From the NCBI GenBank assembly GCA_010015805.1, contig ML978122.1, positions 902,453 through 966,452 on the forward strand: a stretch of 64,000 bases of DNA. The letters are read 5' to 3'. The notes beneath the pieces are model-generated. The model had not been told where the DNA came from, did not search any database, and saw nothing but the letters and a program-made list of their open reading frames with translations. Below, piece by piece: positions 23,311 to 37,270 of the stretch. Each line of letters opens with the position of its first letter. The first letter of the stretch is position 1. Position numbers and translations under genes: made by a program. The stretch comes from Rhizodiscina lignyota (Eukaryota).

Positions 23311-25305
23311 CTAGTGCTGTGTCACGCTTGGCCACTGATTGAATTGATGCGCAGGTGGCCACGCCTCGTGATGCAAGTACGGCAAATGACCAATTCGTCG
23401 CTCGTTGAACGGCCTTCCGAGTGGCTGATACTGCATCTGGTTGAACGGAATGTTCCTCGGAGCGTTGTTCAACGATGTCGAGGGTGGAGGCACGAGTAAT
23501 GTGTGCACATTCCGAACGGGCCGATACGGCGAGCTTCTTTGCTGCAGGTAATACGAAGGCGAAAGCCTGTTCTGCGGGAAAGTAGCACTGACAGGAGATG
23601 CAGTGTTCGACCCAACTGGGAATGGGCTGAGTTGGCGAGACCCGTTGTCTTGGAATGCCGTGTTGCTCAGTGCCTGTACTGTTGGCTGCATTGGTGGGAT
23701 CGATTGAGCCATAGTGAGTGATTGAGGCCATTGGGAAGGAGTTGGGTACACCATGGCCATTGCTCGACCTCCCGGGGGAGGTAGTTGTGGCACAGAGAGT
23801 TGCGCTGGTGGAGGTCCACTCGCTGACGGAATTGTCAAGGCCGGAAGAGGCAACCGTGGCGCTTGAGACATAGGGTGCGGGTTCGGCAACTGAAGAGAGG
23901 CGGTAACAGTCGGTTGATAGGTCGGCTGTGCGACATTTCTGTTCAGTCTCTTTGGTGCTGGCTCCTCGGCTTGCTCATCGTAACTTCTCTTCCTCGGAGT
24001 GGGCCGCAAATTCAACTCTGGCAACGGACCAATAGGAGAGACTGCCGTAGAGCTGATCTGTGGCAATAAAAGAGGCGTGTTAGTCCGTGACGCATTCAAA
24101 GGAGAATTAGTCGCGTATGGCGGTGACGCATGATTCGATGTAGGAGGCGAAGGAAGTGTAGGTGGTACGTGGAGCACTGGTGTTGTAAGTTGGGAGACCC
24201 TCGCGACATGCTCTTGTAACCTCGATGCAGCGTGGAAATAAGTGCCGAATTTCCCAAGCTTGGCGTGCCAATCCATCCACTCAGCCTCGGAAGTGAACAA
24301 GCTGTATCTCATGTTGCTCAGAAATTCGACTTCCATGATGTGGACTTCTTGTACGGAGATGCCGGAGACTTCTGCCCAGGTTTTGTTCGTGTATGTGTTG
24401 TCGTCAAGGACTTCTCTACGTCAGTGAATGCCAATTAGTTTGTGGGGGAAATTCTGGAACTCACACTTGTTTCCAAGCATCAAAGCAACCGTCAAAAGCC
24501 GAAATTCACTGCCTGGCTTTCCCTTGACGCCTGGGTTGATCTTCTTTAAGCGGTATACGAAGAGTAGCGCAAGGAGAATGACGTTTTGTGTCACTTGCGT
24601 CGTTGAGAGCAGCGTGGCAACCCATTTTCGAAAGCCAACTGATGGCGTGGCATCAGGCACGAGTGCAGAGACGTTCAGGGCCGGGAACGGAGATGCTTCG
24701 ATTCGCTCAAGAGTCGACGAGTCTTCGAACCAGAAGAGACAGGTGATCTGCGAAAGTTAGCCAATGCCAATGGAGATAAAGTGGGTGACGACGCATACCT
24801 CTGCAGCAAGCTGTGGCATGCCATGCTGAGGTGTCTTTATGGTGTCTGGGATTCGTAGGGACGGTGCAACAGTTGAATCTGTGTTGGCTTGTTCCTTAGG
24901 CTCTTGATCTGCAATCGGTCGTAATGTGGTTGGACTCGGTAGCGCCTTTGAACCGTTCACGTATGTGTTGTGATGATGCAAACCAAGATTTGAGCTCTGA
25001 TGGAAGGACTGGTGCAGTTGTGTTTGCGGTCGGGAGCCATACCCCAAAGCGTCCATCTGTCTCTGTGGCAACATTCGCCCGCTGTCGAACCCCAAATTCA
25101 TCTCGGAAGGAGGTGTTAAGTCACGACGAGTGAAATGCTGGGAGTTTGGTTTCTGGGAGGACGAGAATGTTGAAGTGGCCGATGTTGAACCTTTGAGCAG
25201 CTGCGGATGCGGCAGTCTCGACTCTGGTCTGGCGGAGAAAAGGTTGTTGGGCCGATGGAAAGGAACGGCGTGAGGCATTGAAGGCGGTAACTGTATTGCC
25301 GTCAT
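23311..25305 (-). CDS. Pho85-type cyclin (Clg1/Pho80-like) with Pro/Gln-rich disordered termini; introns 24748-24798 and 24411-24464; start uncertain
   Basis: The spliced cyclin box reads [70 protein letters not shown]. Confidence 0.85.
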
Positions 25306-27588
25306 GGGCAACTGAAGGTGTGAAGTGCTGGTCCACGGCAAGGTGTGAAGGCGTGAAGTGAAGCGTTCGGACGGGAAGGCAGATGACGGCGGAATAGGAC
25401 GCGTCTAAGAGGGTACGGCGGGTCGAATGTTTTGGAAGGCTCCGCTACATTTCCAGAATGGGCGAAGAGAGTGTTTTGAGCGGCTTAGTGTTAAATGCTT
25501 TGGTGGGCAGGCCGAATGATGTCAAGCAAGGAGCGGCATTGGAAGGGCGAGGCACGCCGGCAAAAATGTGAATGACGGCGGGAGACAACAGCAGGACTAC
25601 AGCGTATGAAAGGAATGATGAAGGCTACGGGCGGTAGGCAGCGGTGATGGAGGCTTGTCGCCGTGCGTAGGCATGGCGGGAGTGGAGAGAAGCACAAGGA
25701 CTTCTGGATCCGTCGATATTCAAGGAGTCAGTCGTGACCGGAGTCGCGACTGTCGTGGCTTTCCTGCTGCAATGGATGGACGGGCGAACCAGCCCTGTGG
25801 CCGGCGGGCGGCCAAGCGCAGAGCAAAGCGCGAAACGGCGGGTGGCCGAGCGTCAGGGAATGGCCGCCGCATTGCTGGAGATCCCACGGATGAGGAAGTA
25901 GCGTCAAGGCCGCGCAAAAAGGGCAAAGAAGGGCTTGGGGTGAGGGAGGATGTCAGAGCGAGAAGCGAAAACACACAAAGAAGCCGGGTGTGGTGGATGC
26001 GGTGCAAGCCCGCAGCCGCAAGCAGGCAAATCAGCGCGCGCGCTTTCACAGCTAGTCCGACAGCACGGCCGGCAGGGATGGGGCGTGTTGGGCGGGCTCA
26101 GCAGTGGGAGAGCGATGCACTGCTCACAGTCACGCCTCAAAGAAAGGGCGAGCATTGGGAGTGAAGGGGCTTGCAAGCGGAGCGCTACTGGCGATGGCCA
26201 CGCAAAACAGCTGGCGCAGGTGCTAGCCGGGCAACGCAGCATGGCTGGCTGGGCAAGGTGCTGCTCTGGTGTGGTGCGAGTGCGAGTGAGACGGGCCGGG
26301 GAGGCTCCAAAATTGCAGCAGCATGGACAAGCAGACTGGTGCTGAGCGAGTTCCGCACATGCGCACACAGCGCGTTGACGACGACAAATGACGGGGAGTG
26401 GAATTGAAAGGAACACGGGGTCAGCCATGGGTCGGGGCAGGGCATTGGCTGGGCGCGCCTGCCTGGCTTGGTGCTGGCGACTGCTAAGTTCTAACTAGCT
26501 ACGGCAGGGTAGACGGGGCAAAGAGCAGAACGCAGCAGGCAAGCACAGCCTGCCACACACGCTCCGCGACAGGGAAGCACAGGCGGCGAAGGCAGGCACG
26601 CTAGCCTGGCGTGCGGCCACTCACTCGACGGCCACTTCCTCCCCCCGAGCAGCACGTCCGGCCAGGAAGCTGCTCCTGATCTGAGCGCCATCAGCATCAA
26701 GATCATCAGCATCACCACCACGACTGACATGATATGATACATATGACAAAGCCTGCTCACCACGCCCCCAGCTCGCTTCACCGATGCCGCCACGGGAGTG
26801 CGGTACATACGAGGCGACTATCGACGTCTCGTCTCCGCTCTCGTGTTGGCTCTGAAGACGAAACACTGCGTGGTCATGCTCCAGCAATAATTCTAATAAT
26901 CTCTGCGCCTTCCAGGTTCACGTCCGTGGCCATGTTGTGACATCCCGGCACGCCTGCTATTTTGTGAACACCTCTCACTCGACCGCGCCTGCAAATCCAT
27001 GCCTAAGCCCCTTTCGCCCAAGCTTCCGCGGCCGAAAGCGAAACGCGAATGATGGCCCATCGCCCGGACATGGCGTCTTTGTCGCTGCTGCGGTACGAAG
27101 TGACTTCCCTCTGCAAACGTGCCAATAATGCAATTCTGCTTGCTGCTCGCTGCTGACGGCCTGACTGCTGCAACCTTCGTTTGCGTCCAGCCGCTTCCGC
27201 GTGCTCCCTCAAGCACCGATCGTATATCCGGATATTCTCCATCATGCCACCTGTTCCAAGGAACCACTTGAAGCCGCGCCTGGTGACATTACACAAGCGC
27301 ATCGCCAGGCCCAAAGAGGCGAGGCATCTCGCCCTTTGGCACGGGATTGTGGATCATCGCTCTCACCACATCTGCAACGCTGCCTGGACGCGGTGCGAGA
27401 CTAAAAATGCTCCTTGATGAGAAGGCCTGCCAAATATTCGCAGCTCGCCGATGATCGTGGCTATGTATGTACGCGTCCTGCGACGCTCTAGCAAGTAGCA
27501 GCAACCACCGGCGCCCCAGTGTATGTAATTCGATGAGTGAGATTCCTCTGGCTGAGCGCGGTGGAGGTGAAGGGATTCATGCCAGCCT

Positions 27589-27616
27589 CCACCTTCCACC
27601 TTCCACCTTCCACCTT
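27589..27616. repeat. Short tandem repeat (CCACCTT)4
   Basis: Four perfect 7-mer copies read directly from the sequence. Confidence 0.9.
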
Positions 27617-30600
27617 GAACGCCCAGCACCGAGGATGGAAACGGATAGTGGAGAGTACGAGTGACTTGCTCGCTCCCTTTAGCCACCCCGGACGCTGGTG
27701 TGATTGGCGCATCGCCATCCTCACGAGCTGATCGGTTCACTTTAACGTCAGTCGGTGTGCTGCATGTCTTTTCGCATCTTCCTTCTTCCGCTAGGTACTC
27801 CTGCGACGGCCTGGCGCCGCAAGGAGAACGCCGCCGCTACATGCCCAGCAGGCACAGGAAAGCGATTCGTACTCCGGACTGACATGCTACTCGTGCACGC
27901 CAGCTCCAGCTGAGCATGCGCGGAACCAGCAGCAGCGACTTACCGCGCGTCCGTCTACGCGATTTACGGCTCCTTGGCCTGCTCTCGCCTATCCACCCAC
28001 TACTGTGCCCGCGTCCGGCTTAGCCTGCTCCTGCGGCACGTCTCGGGAGGATGAGCAGTTTGTGCCAATATCGGGCTTCGTCTTGCAGGGGCGCATCACG
28101 GAGCATCGAAGGCGAGCCTAGAAATTGCTCTCTTCCTTTGATCGCAGCACGACAAACGACTCGCGTAATGCAATTTTTGCGGATAAGCTTGCTCCTGGCG
28201 ACGTGCGTGACAAGCCGGAGCGTGCATGAGGCAACATCCAGCCAACAGCAAGGACGGCGGCAGACGCATCAAGCTTTTCTCCCTCCTGCCTTTCGCACCA
28301 GCCAATGTGCGCCTGCGAAGGTGTTCAACGCAAGCAAGAATGCAACGGGAGGTGCGTGTCTTGTCCCGGCCTTCCATGGTGATGCATTTTCCGTTTGATT
28401 TGCCATCCACCAGCGGAGCGGGCGTGGCGAGTGCATCGCTGCTTGTTCGAGTGGAAGGCCTGCTGATTGCTCCAACACTCCAACAGCAAGCAGTCCACTC
28501 CTGAACAGTATGCGTTGTGCGCCTGTTCCACCTGTACCTTGCTCCGCATCGAGCGTCCAGCCTCTGTTCATCATGAGAAATCGATACGAGCGCCATTCGC
28601 CGTGTGCCCACATCCCTGCGCAACCCTAAATTCATCTAAAATTCCCACCACCGCCGAGCAGCCCTGCTCTCCGCCGAGGGGCGCTTTAGAGGAAGATCTA
28701 CAACCTCAATGACCACTCCTCTGACGCGAGATCCCACATATTCATTAGTTTTATTACCTTGCATGCCCCGTCCGACGCCTGTTTTGAATCCTCTAGCGCA
28801 GCCTGGCCGGGAACCTGAACAGCAGAGATGGAATCCTGCTCGCAACCTGGTTGGTAGAGATGCTCCGACAGGGCTTTGAAATGCGGTTTGTGGAGGCTTA
28901 CTCCTGACTCTGCGCCAGTCGTCTGGCGATGCTAATTATCAGACGGCTCGGATTGATTTCTACGCTTTCTCAGGGCCTGTGGGTCTTCGTGTACGGAACG
29001 TATCAATCGCTTTGCATTCCACTGAGAGGATCCTTGCGAAACGACCATTTGCAAGAGTATTGGCGCCGGGCATATGCGTCAACGCCTCCCACGATATTCC
29101 GACGGTTGGAGAACTTCGTATGCGTTTCGACGAGCTGCCTTTCCTCGTAATGTGTCGCGTTCATGCAAGCGCTCTGATCCTGAATTGTTTGCTCTTCTAC
29201 ATGGAACCTGTAATATGCCACTATTGATTGCTTTTCGAGCTTTAACCTGAATGAGCTGGCATTCCGCTACCATCCAGGCCTGCCCAATCAAGCTTGCACC
29301 CACCGTCGAGAAGTCATCGAAGTGACGCAGGGAACTAGCAATGAGCGATCATTTCAACCGATCTCGAACTTGCATCAACTCGAGCTGCGATAATTTGTTC
29401 AGGGCAGCAGGCTGAGTCGTATGTGTAACGTTGATGGAGACGTTTGTCAGTATACGGCATGACTATCGACCAGGAAGATTTTTCATAGCGATCGGCAGCT
29501 GTATGTGAATGTACACGCGAAGTCCAATGTGAAGGTGGGCAGATTCGGTGCGCTCGGGAGCCTCGCCAGCCTTCCCTGATCCCTTCTCCTTCTTGACTGT
29601 TTACCGTTGGCTGCCTCCTCTCGTCACAAGCGACATATCGAAATCTTGGGTTGCGGCGCGAGGACCAAATCAAATCAAGCGCAGCGGTCGTTTGATGCAA
29701 ACGACTCTGTCACGGTGTGACGGCTGAGATTCGATCGAGGTTTGCTTATTGCTGGGTCTCGGGAACTGTTCCACGCGTACCGTGTCGCGCCCCGGCCTAA
29801 ACCTGAAATGGCAGCATTATTGGCATTCTTCGTCGAACTTTCGATGGCGTGGAGACGCGGCTGAAATCGGCCCACCCTGGACCTCACTCACGGAACGCTC
29901 TCGTGGGAGTGGTCAGGGTTTCTCGGCCACCAAAATGCCCACCATGGCTCCACAGAGACGTCTTCGAAACACTCGCACATGCCATAGGAGGCCCCGGCAG
30001 ATGATGTATGTAGCACTTGACCGCGTATTATGCGCCTTAAGTGACAGAGAAGAACCTTGCAGCCATTTCGGCGTGTGGCGATGCAGAACCTCACCCACTC
30101 CTGTCTTCGCAAAAAGTCTCTGGCGTACCACCCGGGCAATAGTCATGCAGCCTACCAGCCCCGAAAGGTATACAGTAACGGACATGCAAGGTTTCAAGCT
30201 CGACTGCCATGCCTGCTGCGGCTCCAACATTATCAGTCCTAAACTTTTCTCGCGCTGACCTCGGCGATAGCACAGCATGGCAGCAGCAGGATTGCCTCAG
30301 CTTAGGCAAACGCATCCCGCAGCGTTTGTGTAACTCCCTACAGCTCTTACCATCCTTGTCCAACAGCTCTTGTCCCGCTTATACTATCTCCCTTGTGTCG
30401 AGGCAGAAACGATCCCATGCAGCCCGCCACCCACTCCAACTTTCCGCCTTCATGCACACTTTTAACCAGCTGCTTCCGTCAACTGCTGAGGCCAGACGGT
30501 CCACGCTTAAAGACAATCGCCCAGGTCAAACATGGATCGCGTTCTTCCGAAAGCAAATCACAGTCCGCGCATCTTAGCAATCAAGATTGCTGCATCCGAA

Positions 30601-32887
30601 ACCGCCGCGCCGCCATCTTTTCGGGTCACATGGAAGCACGAACGTCCTGCACGAGTCTTTGCAACAAATTTGGAGTTACCAGCCTGTCAGACTGGCGAGG
30701 GCAGGCTAATTCTGGCGTCTCCTCCACGAAACCCGCGCTACGGCCGTTCCGACAAATCCCTGCTCTCCGCTCGTGATCTGCGTTAATGTAGGTGAGGACG
30801 TAGCCTGGCTTTTCCTAAGCCTTCTCTCATCAACTCATCAATATCACGGCTCGTTTCTTGACATAATGGAACCCGCTTGTGCAAGCGATCGGGCGAGGAT
30901 TAACAATTAGGTTCCGGGGCGATGTCCGGCAATGTCGAAGTCGATCCAGTCCTCCCCACAGCTCTTCCCGTGCGGGATTAATCACCAAGGGCTCTCTGGT
31001 CTGACGACATTGGTTATCTCCAGTTCGAACATGTACGACTCGTATCTGGCGTCGTCAGCCTCGCCTGATAGCGTGTAGAAAGACTGCCTCTGGTCCAGAC
31101 ACATCCATTGAACATGCTCATGAACTTTTGCTGTCGCTTTCGTAAGTGACCGTCTCCGGCACTGGGAGAAGGGAACGAACGTATCAGCACTTCCTTGCAG
31201 CCAATGGCCAGCGGAGACCTCGGAGAGGAGGGAACCAGACTTCCTTTCGTGCAGAGCGACGACATTATCCCGGATCGAGTAACTCGCTTGGCTATTGACC
31301 TCTGAAGGATGCAAAGCTTACTGATATTTTTCATTGTCGTTTCAATAATAGAGTCATGATTCATCACATTCGACGATTGAGCCTCGGACAAACCAGCCCT
31401 CATCCACCACACCCGGAGTCCTCAGTCACAGCCGATGACAGATATATTCCATCGACAGATTGGAGCGCTGGCCCATAGTTATAGTGTTACGACTATCTAA
31501 GTAAGCCGAGCATGCAGACCCGTTATGCCTGGCTCCCAATGAAGAGACTCCAACTCGGAGTTTACTGGTACCTCCGGATGGATCTGGAGAGCCGTAGACG
31601 TTGATCAAACTTTATGAAGCTGAACTTAGCCGATCCACAATTTTCTCCAGTAACTGTCTACGGAAGGCATTATTATCGATTTGGCCACCCAGAACTGCAC
31701 AGGAGCCTCCGCGGATCTCGTGCTCACAGAATAGCATGTTCCAAAGGTGCCCCTTAAAGAGCGGGGCCAGGCAGACCTTCGAGTTACCGCGGAAGAGAAG
31801 AGATTGAGAAAGCAAGAGATAAATAAGACAATCGAATGCGAGCTAAGGAAAATTATCGGCACAGTTTCAAATTCTTTTCAAGATCTGAGCTGGTGTATGT
31901 TTAATCTCAAGATGTTTTCACGACTTTTTTCCCCATCTATTCTAAATATGCGTTTTTCACCATGTCCCTTCTGTCTTCTGTGACGTGCGAACTGTGCTCG
32001 AACGACAATTGTGCGATGCCGCAGAGCGTTGTGAACCGGCCGGCCACTCACAGCGGAAGGGACCTTGCGGTGAGCCTTACCGCTCTATGCATGTCCGACA
32101 AAGCAAATTCAAGCCACAGCTGGAGCGACAACAGAGTCTCGTGGACGAGGCCGCCCCACCGCATCGAAGATGGGCTTGCTGCAAGCTCGCTCCAGCACGC
32201 CTCTCGCTCTGCTAAACTCGCAGCACCCCTGAAATACCGCCAGGACAAGAGATCAAGTCTCTCCTTGAGTCTGCGAGTATCTCTATTGGCAATCATGGCA
32301 TCCGTCGTACGCCGGACCTTTGATTATACTTCGGCCAACACGTACACCGATATGCGCCAGACGGATCAGGCTACGCAGATAACTTGATTCTGGCTCTGGA
32401 GTTTCTATCACACCTGCGGGACCATGTTCATAGCCATGCTTAACTATTTTGTCACCTGTCACCCTTGAGGCTGCGAACATCACCGAACTATATCCCAAGT
32501 GTTCTTCAGCCTGATGGCCATTATTGCTGGCGGCATTATTTGCGCGGGCCAACAAGTTTTGCTAGGTTTCGCTTCTCCCACCGCACCATGTTCAAGCTCA
32601 TCGGTAAGCGTTACTCGACGTCCTGGATGATGAAGACCGCGGGCTATTGTAAACTCCTCGATGCTGGATACGGGAAGATACCAGCTAAGTCGACCTCTAG
32701 TATTAAGAAGGAAGTAGGTAATTTCGCTGTGGCCTGAGTTCTTGTATTTGTCTTCGGTTTCCGTTTCTGCTATCACATCGAGTTACGTGAAGCACCAGCT
32801 GTTTGTGGTTGGCTTGGAGATATGTGGGTTTCGAGGACAGCAAGGAAGACGGCAGGTGGCCGTAAGAAATTTATATTCTCGCAGCTA

Positions 32888-33396
32888 TCAACTCCAGTCC
32901 AGCTCATTCTCCTCGAACGCCTCGATCCTCTTCGTATTGATCATGTTCATCTCAATACTTCTCTCCTTCCACTGCTCATAACGAAATTCGGTTTCTTCAC
33001 CACGGCTCTTCTCGTGCCCAATGAAAAAGTCCCTCCACTTCCCTTTCAGCTCACTCCAAAAATCAACTAATTTTCTCTCGAGCGCGTGGTCATAAGTTTC
33101 TTGGACTTAATCCTGTGGTTCTTGACCAAAGCTTCCATCTGCGGCCAGCATCCGTCACGCTCGTTCACCGCCCTGTACAGCCTACTGTAAGCGAGATTCG
33201 TGTCGTTGGCGGTGATGAAGTCCTGCCCAAAATGTACGCTCATAATATCCGCTACAAGAGCCGGCGAGAAGGATGAGTAGAAGTAGAGGAAGGTGATGGC
33301 TTCGTCCTCCTCGGTAGTCCACTTCTGGCCCCTCTCTCGTTTTTTGGGTAGACTCAATTCATCGACGGGACCACTCTGTACTGTTGGCATTGCCAT
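32888..33396 (-). pseudogene. Small Myb-like-motif protein gene, apparently frameshifted near 33100 (intact short ORF 33067-33396)
   Basis: KWTTEEDEAI is a Myb-repeat-like start. A protein-like frame ETYDHALERKLVDFWSELKGKWRDFF..ELDWS* continues in a different frame from ~33100 to 32888. Confidence 0.4.
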
Positions 33397-33862
33397 CTTA
33401 ATGAGGATGATCGGAATAGTCGTATATCTCGCTCTCCAACACTTCGCTATCGACACCTCCGCAGATTTATATATCGTCATATACGCCTAATATTTCAGAG
33501 GGGATGACCACGGTCAGGCACAATGGGCTCACAGCAATCGCCTTTCAAAAGCTACATGAAGGCCAGGGAGCAATCATGACAGCAAATTGGGACCTCCAGA
33601 TACAAGCGGATATCGGGGAATCAGGGCAGTAGAAAATTGAACATTCTTTTGTGGCGTTCATTACGAATACATATAGATCGAATAAAATATTTTGCCATCA
33701 GCGAACAAGATCTCCCAGGATCTGTCAACGTTGTGCGGAAAGTTCTAAAGCGAAGGATGAAGTTTATACAATCCAAGAACAAAAAATACGAATTATCGGC
33801 AATCGCCTGACGTGGTAGGTTAAATGTAAAAGTGAATACTGTGTAAAGAACACCTCGAATGA

Positions 33863-35535
33863 TCACTTGGCTCTTGTTGTTCTTTTGCGTGGAGAGGTCC
33901 TTGTGCCTGACGATTGCTTCCCTCCCGCAGGTTCGCTTACACCTGATGCCAAAGGTGTTCCATTGAGCAACATGGTCGGTGTGTCTGACTTCTGTGACTG
34001 GTTTGCCTGCGGAGATTTCGTGTCAGGGGCCGCAACATCCTCCTCTTCGCTTTCGGGTTCGCTGCGGTCGTCTCGCTCTTCCCCTGTCCGAATGTATCTC
34101 CAAGCGATCCTCAGAATAAAGAACAGCCAGACGAGATTCACGGCCTGCAGTGCCGCCAGCAGCCCGAATGTGATGAACTGACTGATCCAGCATTTGTACT
34201 GCTGGGTTATCCAGTTGAGGTCATATGGGCCAACAGTCGCGAATTGGCTGTTCCAGTCGGGGAATACGGGCTGTTGAATCTTGTAGAGGAGCGGGCTTGC
34301 GGCCGAGTTGTGTACGATTGCTGCGGGGAGCAACGAGACTAGCCATCTCATAAGGTCAGGAACTGGGAGTGGGAACATGGAGAAGATGATTTGAAGGTTG
34401 ATATAGTGGCGTAAATATGTCCAGACGAGGATGAAGAAGAAGAAGTACGGTCCAACGATTGGCCAGTCTAGGTAGTTGATCGTTTTCGAAGTCTGCGGTT
34501 TGTGGTAAGCGCGCTGCAGCACTATTGCGAGCAATCAAAACTTACGGCAAGGAAGAAATCAGAGATATCATGAGTAATGTAGACCGCTACTCCCATATAC
34601 GTGAAATGGAACCGGTAGCTCAACCAGATCAAAGAAACCGTGATTATGTGATGCGCAACCAGCTCCTTGAAATCCTTCCTCGGCTTCTCCAACATGAGAA
34701 GCAATACAATCATCTGCTGCGCCCAATAGGCCGCCTGGAGCAAGTAATATGCCTTGAAGACGGCCTCGTGGGTGTGGTGTGGGGCCGATTCGTACATGCC
34801 GGGGGTATTGAAATACCACACCGGCGTACGTGACATGACGTACAGGCCAAATGGACCAAATACGGCAAAGTATATAGCAGTGTACAACTGCTCCATGAAC
34901 CTCGATTGCTTGGCGCGTGACCGGATGCCCGCCTTGATCGCAAGCGGGCGGATAAGACGCTGCATAAGGAACTCGCGGGTGAAGGAAAGTACGACGATGT
35001 AGTAGGCGACAAATGTAAAGTCATGGATGCCTTTGCCATATTGGATTGGAGCGTCAGGGCTGTCGCCCGGCTTTCGAGGGAGAGGATAAGAGAGGGCGAG
35101 GGCGGGATATACGGGGTTTGAGGGCGTAGGATTGACGGCGAAGCATGCGAGGACGATGAGAGCGATGATTAGGGGGTTCAGCCAAGTGTGTCGGAAGGAG
35201 ATGCTCTTCCATCGTCTAAAGAGGCTCTTCATCTTTTTCCGCTTGGACCGTCGTCCGCTTTTGTCTGTGCTACGCGGTGACTGGCGGGGTCAGCATAAGT
35301 ACTCGCTCGTGTGCCATGTTAGGGCCATGCTTACAGGGGCAGAGGAGAGTGGTTGCAGATCTAACCGGTTCGCTGTCGTCGCAAAGGCAGGCGCCGCTGT
35401 GTCTCCTCGAGGCTCACCTCCCAGTCCGCTCGACTTCCTCCTCCTTCGCGTGCCATTCGGCTGAGATTTGGAATTGTTCTCATGAGCTGGAGCGCTCGCG
35501 ACCGCGGGGAAGGGCTCTGCAGAACGTTTCGACAT
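33863..35535 (-). CDS. LAC1: Ceramide synthase (sphingosine N-acyltransferase, TLC/Lag1 domain); introns 35281-35334 and 34493-34545
   Basis: Lag1 motif EKPRKDFKELVAHHIIT..MGVAVYITHDISDFFLATSK, plus KQSRFMEQ, WTYLRHY and DDRSE. LAC1 versus LAG1 orthology is not resolved. Confidence 0.9.
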
Positions 35536-36249
35536 GTTGACGCAGTCAAGGAGTGAGGAAGAAGGACGGACGCGTATATTGATAAAGGAGCGGACGCGGA
35601 TGCGTATGTAATACAATATCGCGGGAGCTACTTTACGAGGATAGGAGTGTGAGCGTGAGGTTCGCTATAAGGCCCGAACCCGCATGCGCTTGAGCATGCA
35701 GCGAATCAGCGGCCGTACTTCCCGAGCTTGCTCCAGATTTGCGCGGGCACTTTATTTCCAAATTTGCTGGGAGACGGAGCAGATCGCTTCGAAAATATCC
35801 GAGAAGGCCAATTGAGCATGAGACATCTGGATTTTGAGTGAAACCTTAATCGCGTCTACGAGGGCACCTTGTGCTGATGTAGGCGCATTCGCGCGAAAGC
35901 ACTCGGATTCTTAGTCATCACTTACGAGCAAGGCATATATTGGGAATGTACGGACGTATCTCTGTTCACCGGTCTTGTTCTACGGTGGATCTTTCGAGCG
36001 ATGAGAGACTTCTCCATTTTTACCCACAACGGTTCAAACGAAAGCTCGGTGATTCCATAAGACGCCTCCTGAGCTTTCTGCCAGCAGATTTCGAGTCTCT
36101 CACCAGGGCCTGGAGAGCCATCAGAGAAGCGTGAAAGAAACGACTTCGAGCACAAGAAGGGCCTTATCAGAAGTCCCTCGTGCCACTGTCCGTAATGCAC
36201 CAAGACAAAGCCTCTGGAGGTCGCCTAGATTGTGCCAATAGAAGACGAG

Positions 36250-37270
36250 ATGGCGTATTTCAAGCGCATATTCACTCCCCAGTACATTCTGGAACCCATC
36301 CAGCCAACATTTGGGGATCTCGCGCTACTAGTATGCTGCTTCGTCAGTGGTATGACAGACGCAGTATCATTTGATAACTGGGGAGTGTTCGTTGGAATGC
36401 AAACAGTAAGTAGTAGAAGCATTGTTACGTACATTTGTTCTGAGTCATCAACCCACCATTGTTTAATCAGTCTTGAGTTTCTTATGCGGCTACAAATGAT
36501 CGAACAATGATTGTGGCCGCCTATGTCATCCTGTATGCGTGAGCGATCATGCATCAAACTGTGTTGAATTGACGCGTTCGAAGACACGGGAAACAGTACA
36601 ATTTCACCCTTCTAATGTAGAACAGGGGAATACTGTCCTGCTTGGACTCTCGGCTGCTTCGCTTCCTCGTGGAACGTCTTACGTATATGCGAAGACATTA
36701 GTGTCTATAAGCTCGTTCCTCGTTGGAGCATTCACGATATTTCTCTTCCATCGGCTCACCCTCCCCTTCGGCCCAAAAGCGACAAATACTAGCCTCCTTC
36801 GCCTGCACATCGTCTTCTCATTCACCGCGCAGACACTCGTTCTCGTCCTAGCAGCCGCGCTGTGCAGTACTTCTCTGGTGCCGCAGGACAGTCTGGGCGG
36901 AAACGACAGCATCTTGAACGACCACCGTATCCTCACTGCCCTGCCACCACTAGCCTTCCAATCTGGCATGCAAATTGCGACTGGTCGCTTACTCGGCTTC
37001 GGAGAGCTGCCGACGATTGTGCTGACGAGCGTGTATTGCGATCTGATGAATGACGCCGTTGGCCTCAAGCTGAAGAACAAGAAGAGAGACAGGCGCGTCG
37101 GGGCTGTTGTTCTCCTCGTCAGTGGCGCAATTGTCGCTGGATGGCTGTTACGCGCTTGCATCGGAGTACACGGTGTGTTGTGGATTGCGGTCGGGCTGAA
37201 GGCTTTGACTTCCATAGGCATGTGGTTGGGACTGAGAAGCGTCGATGTTAAATCCGAAGGACGGAGGTGA
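36250..37270 (+). CDS. DUF1275/YoaK-family membrane protein; exons 36250-36405 and 36626-37270
   Basis: CFVSGMTDAVSF..FVGMQT|GNTVLLG, LAFQSGMQ and ELPTIVLTSVYCDL motifs. The intron is 220 nt, GTAAGT..CTAAT..CAG. Confidence 0.85.

Noticed and set aside
25491..31900. Many overlapping 60-180 aa ORFs on both strands
   Set aside because: They are Arg/Ala/Ser/Cys-rich translations typical of GC-rich non-coding DNA, with no motifs.
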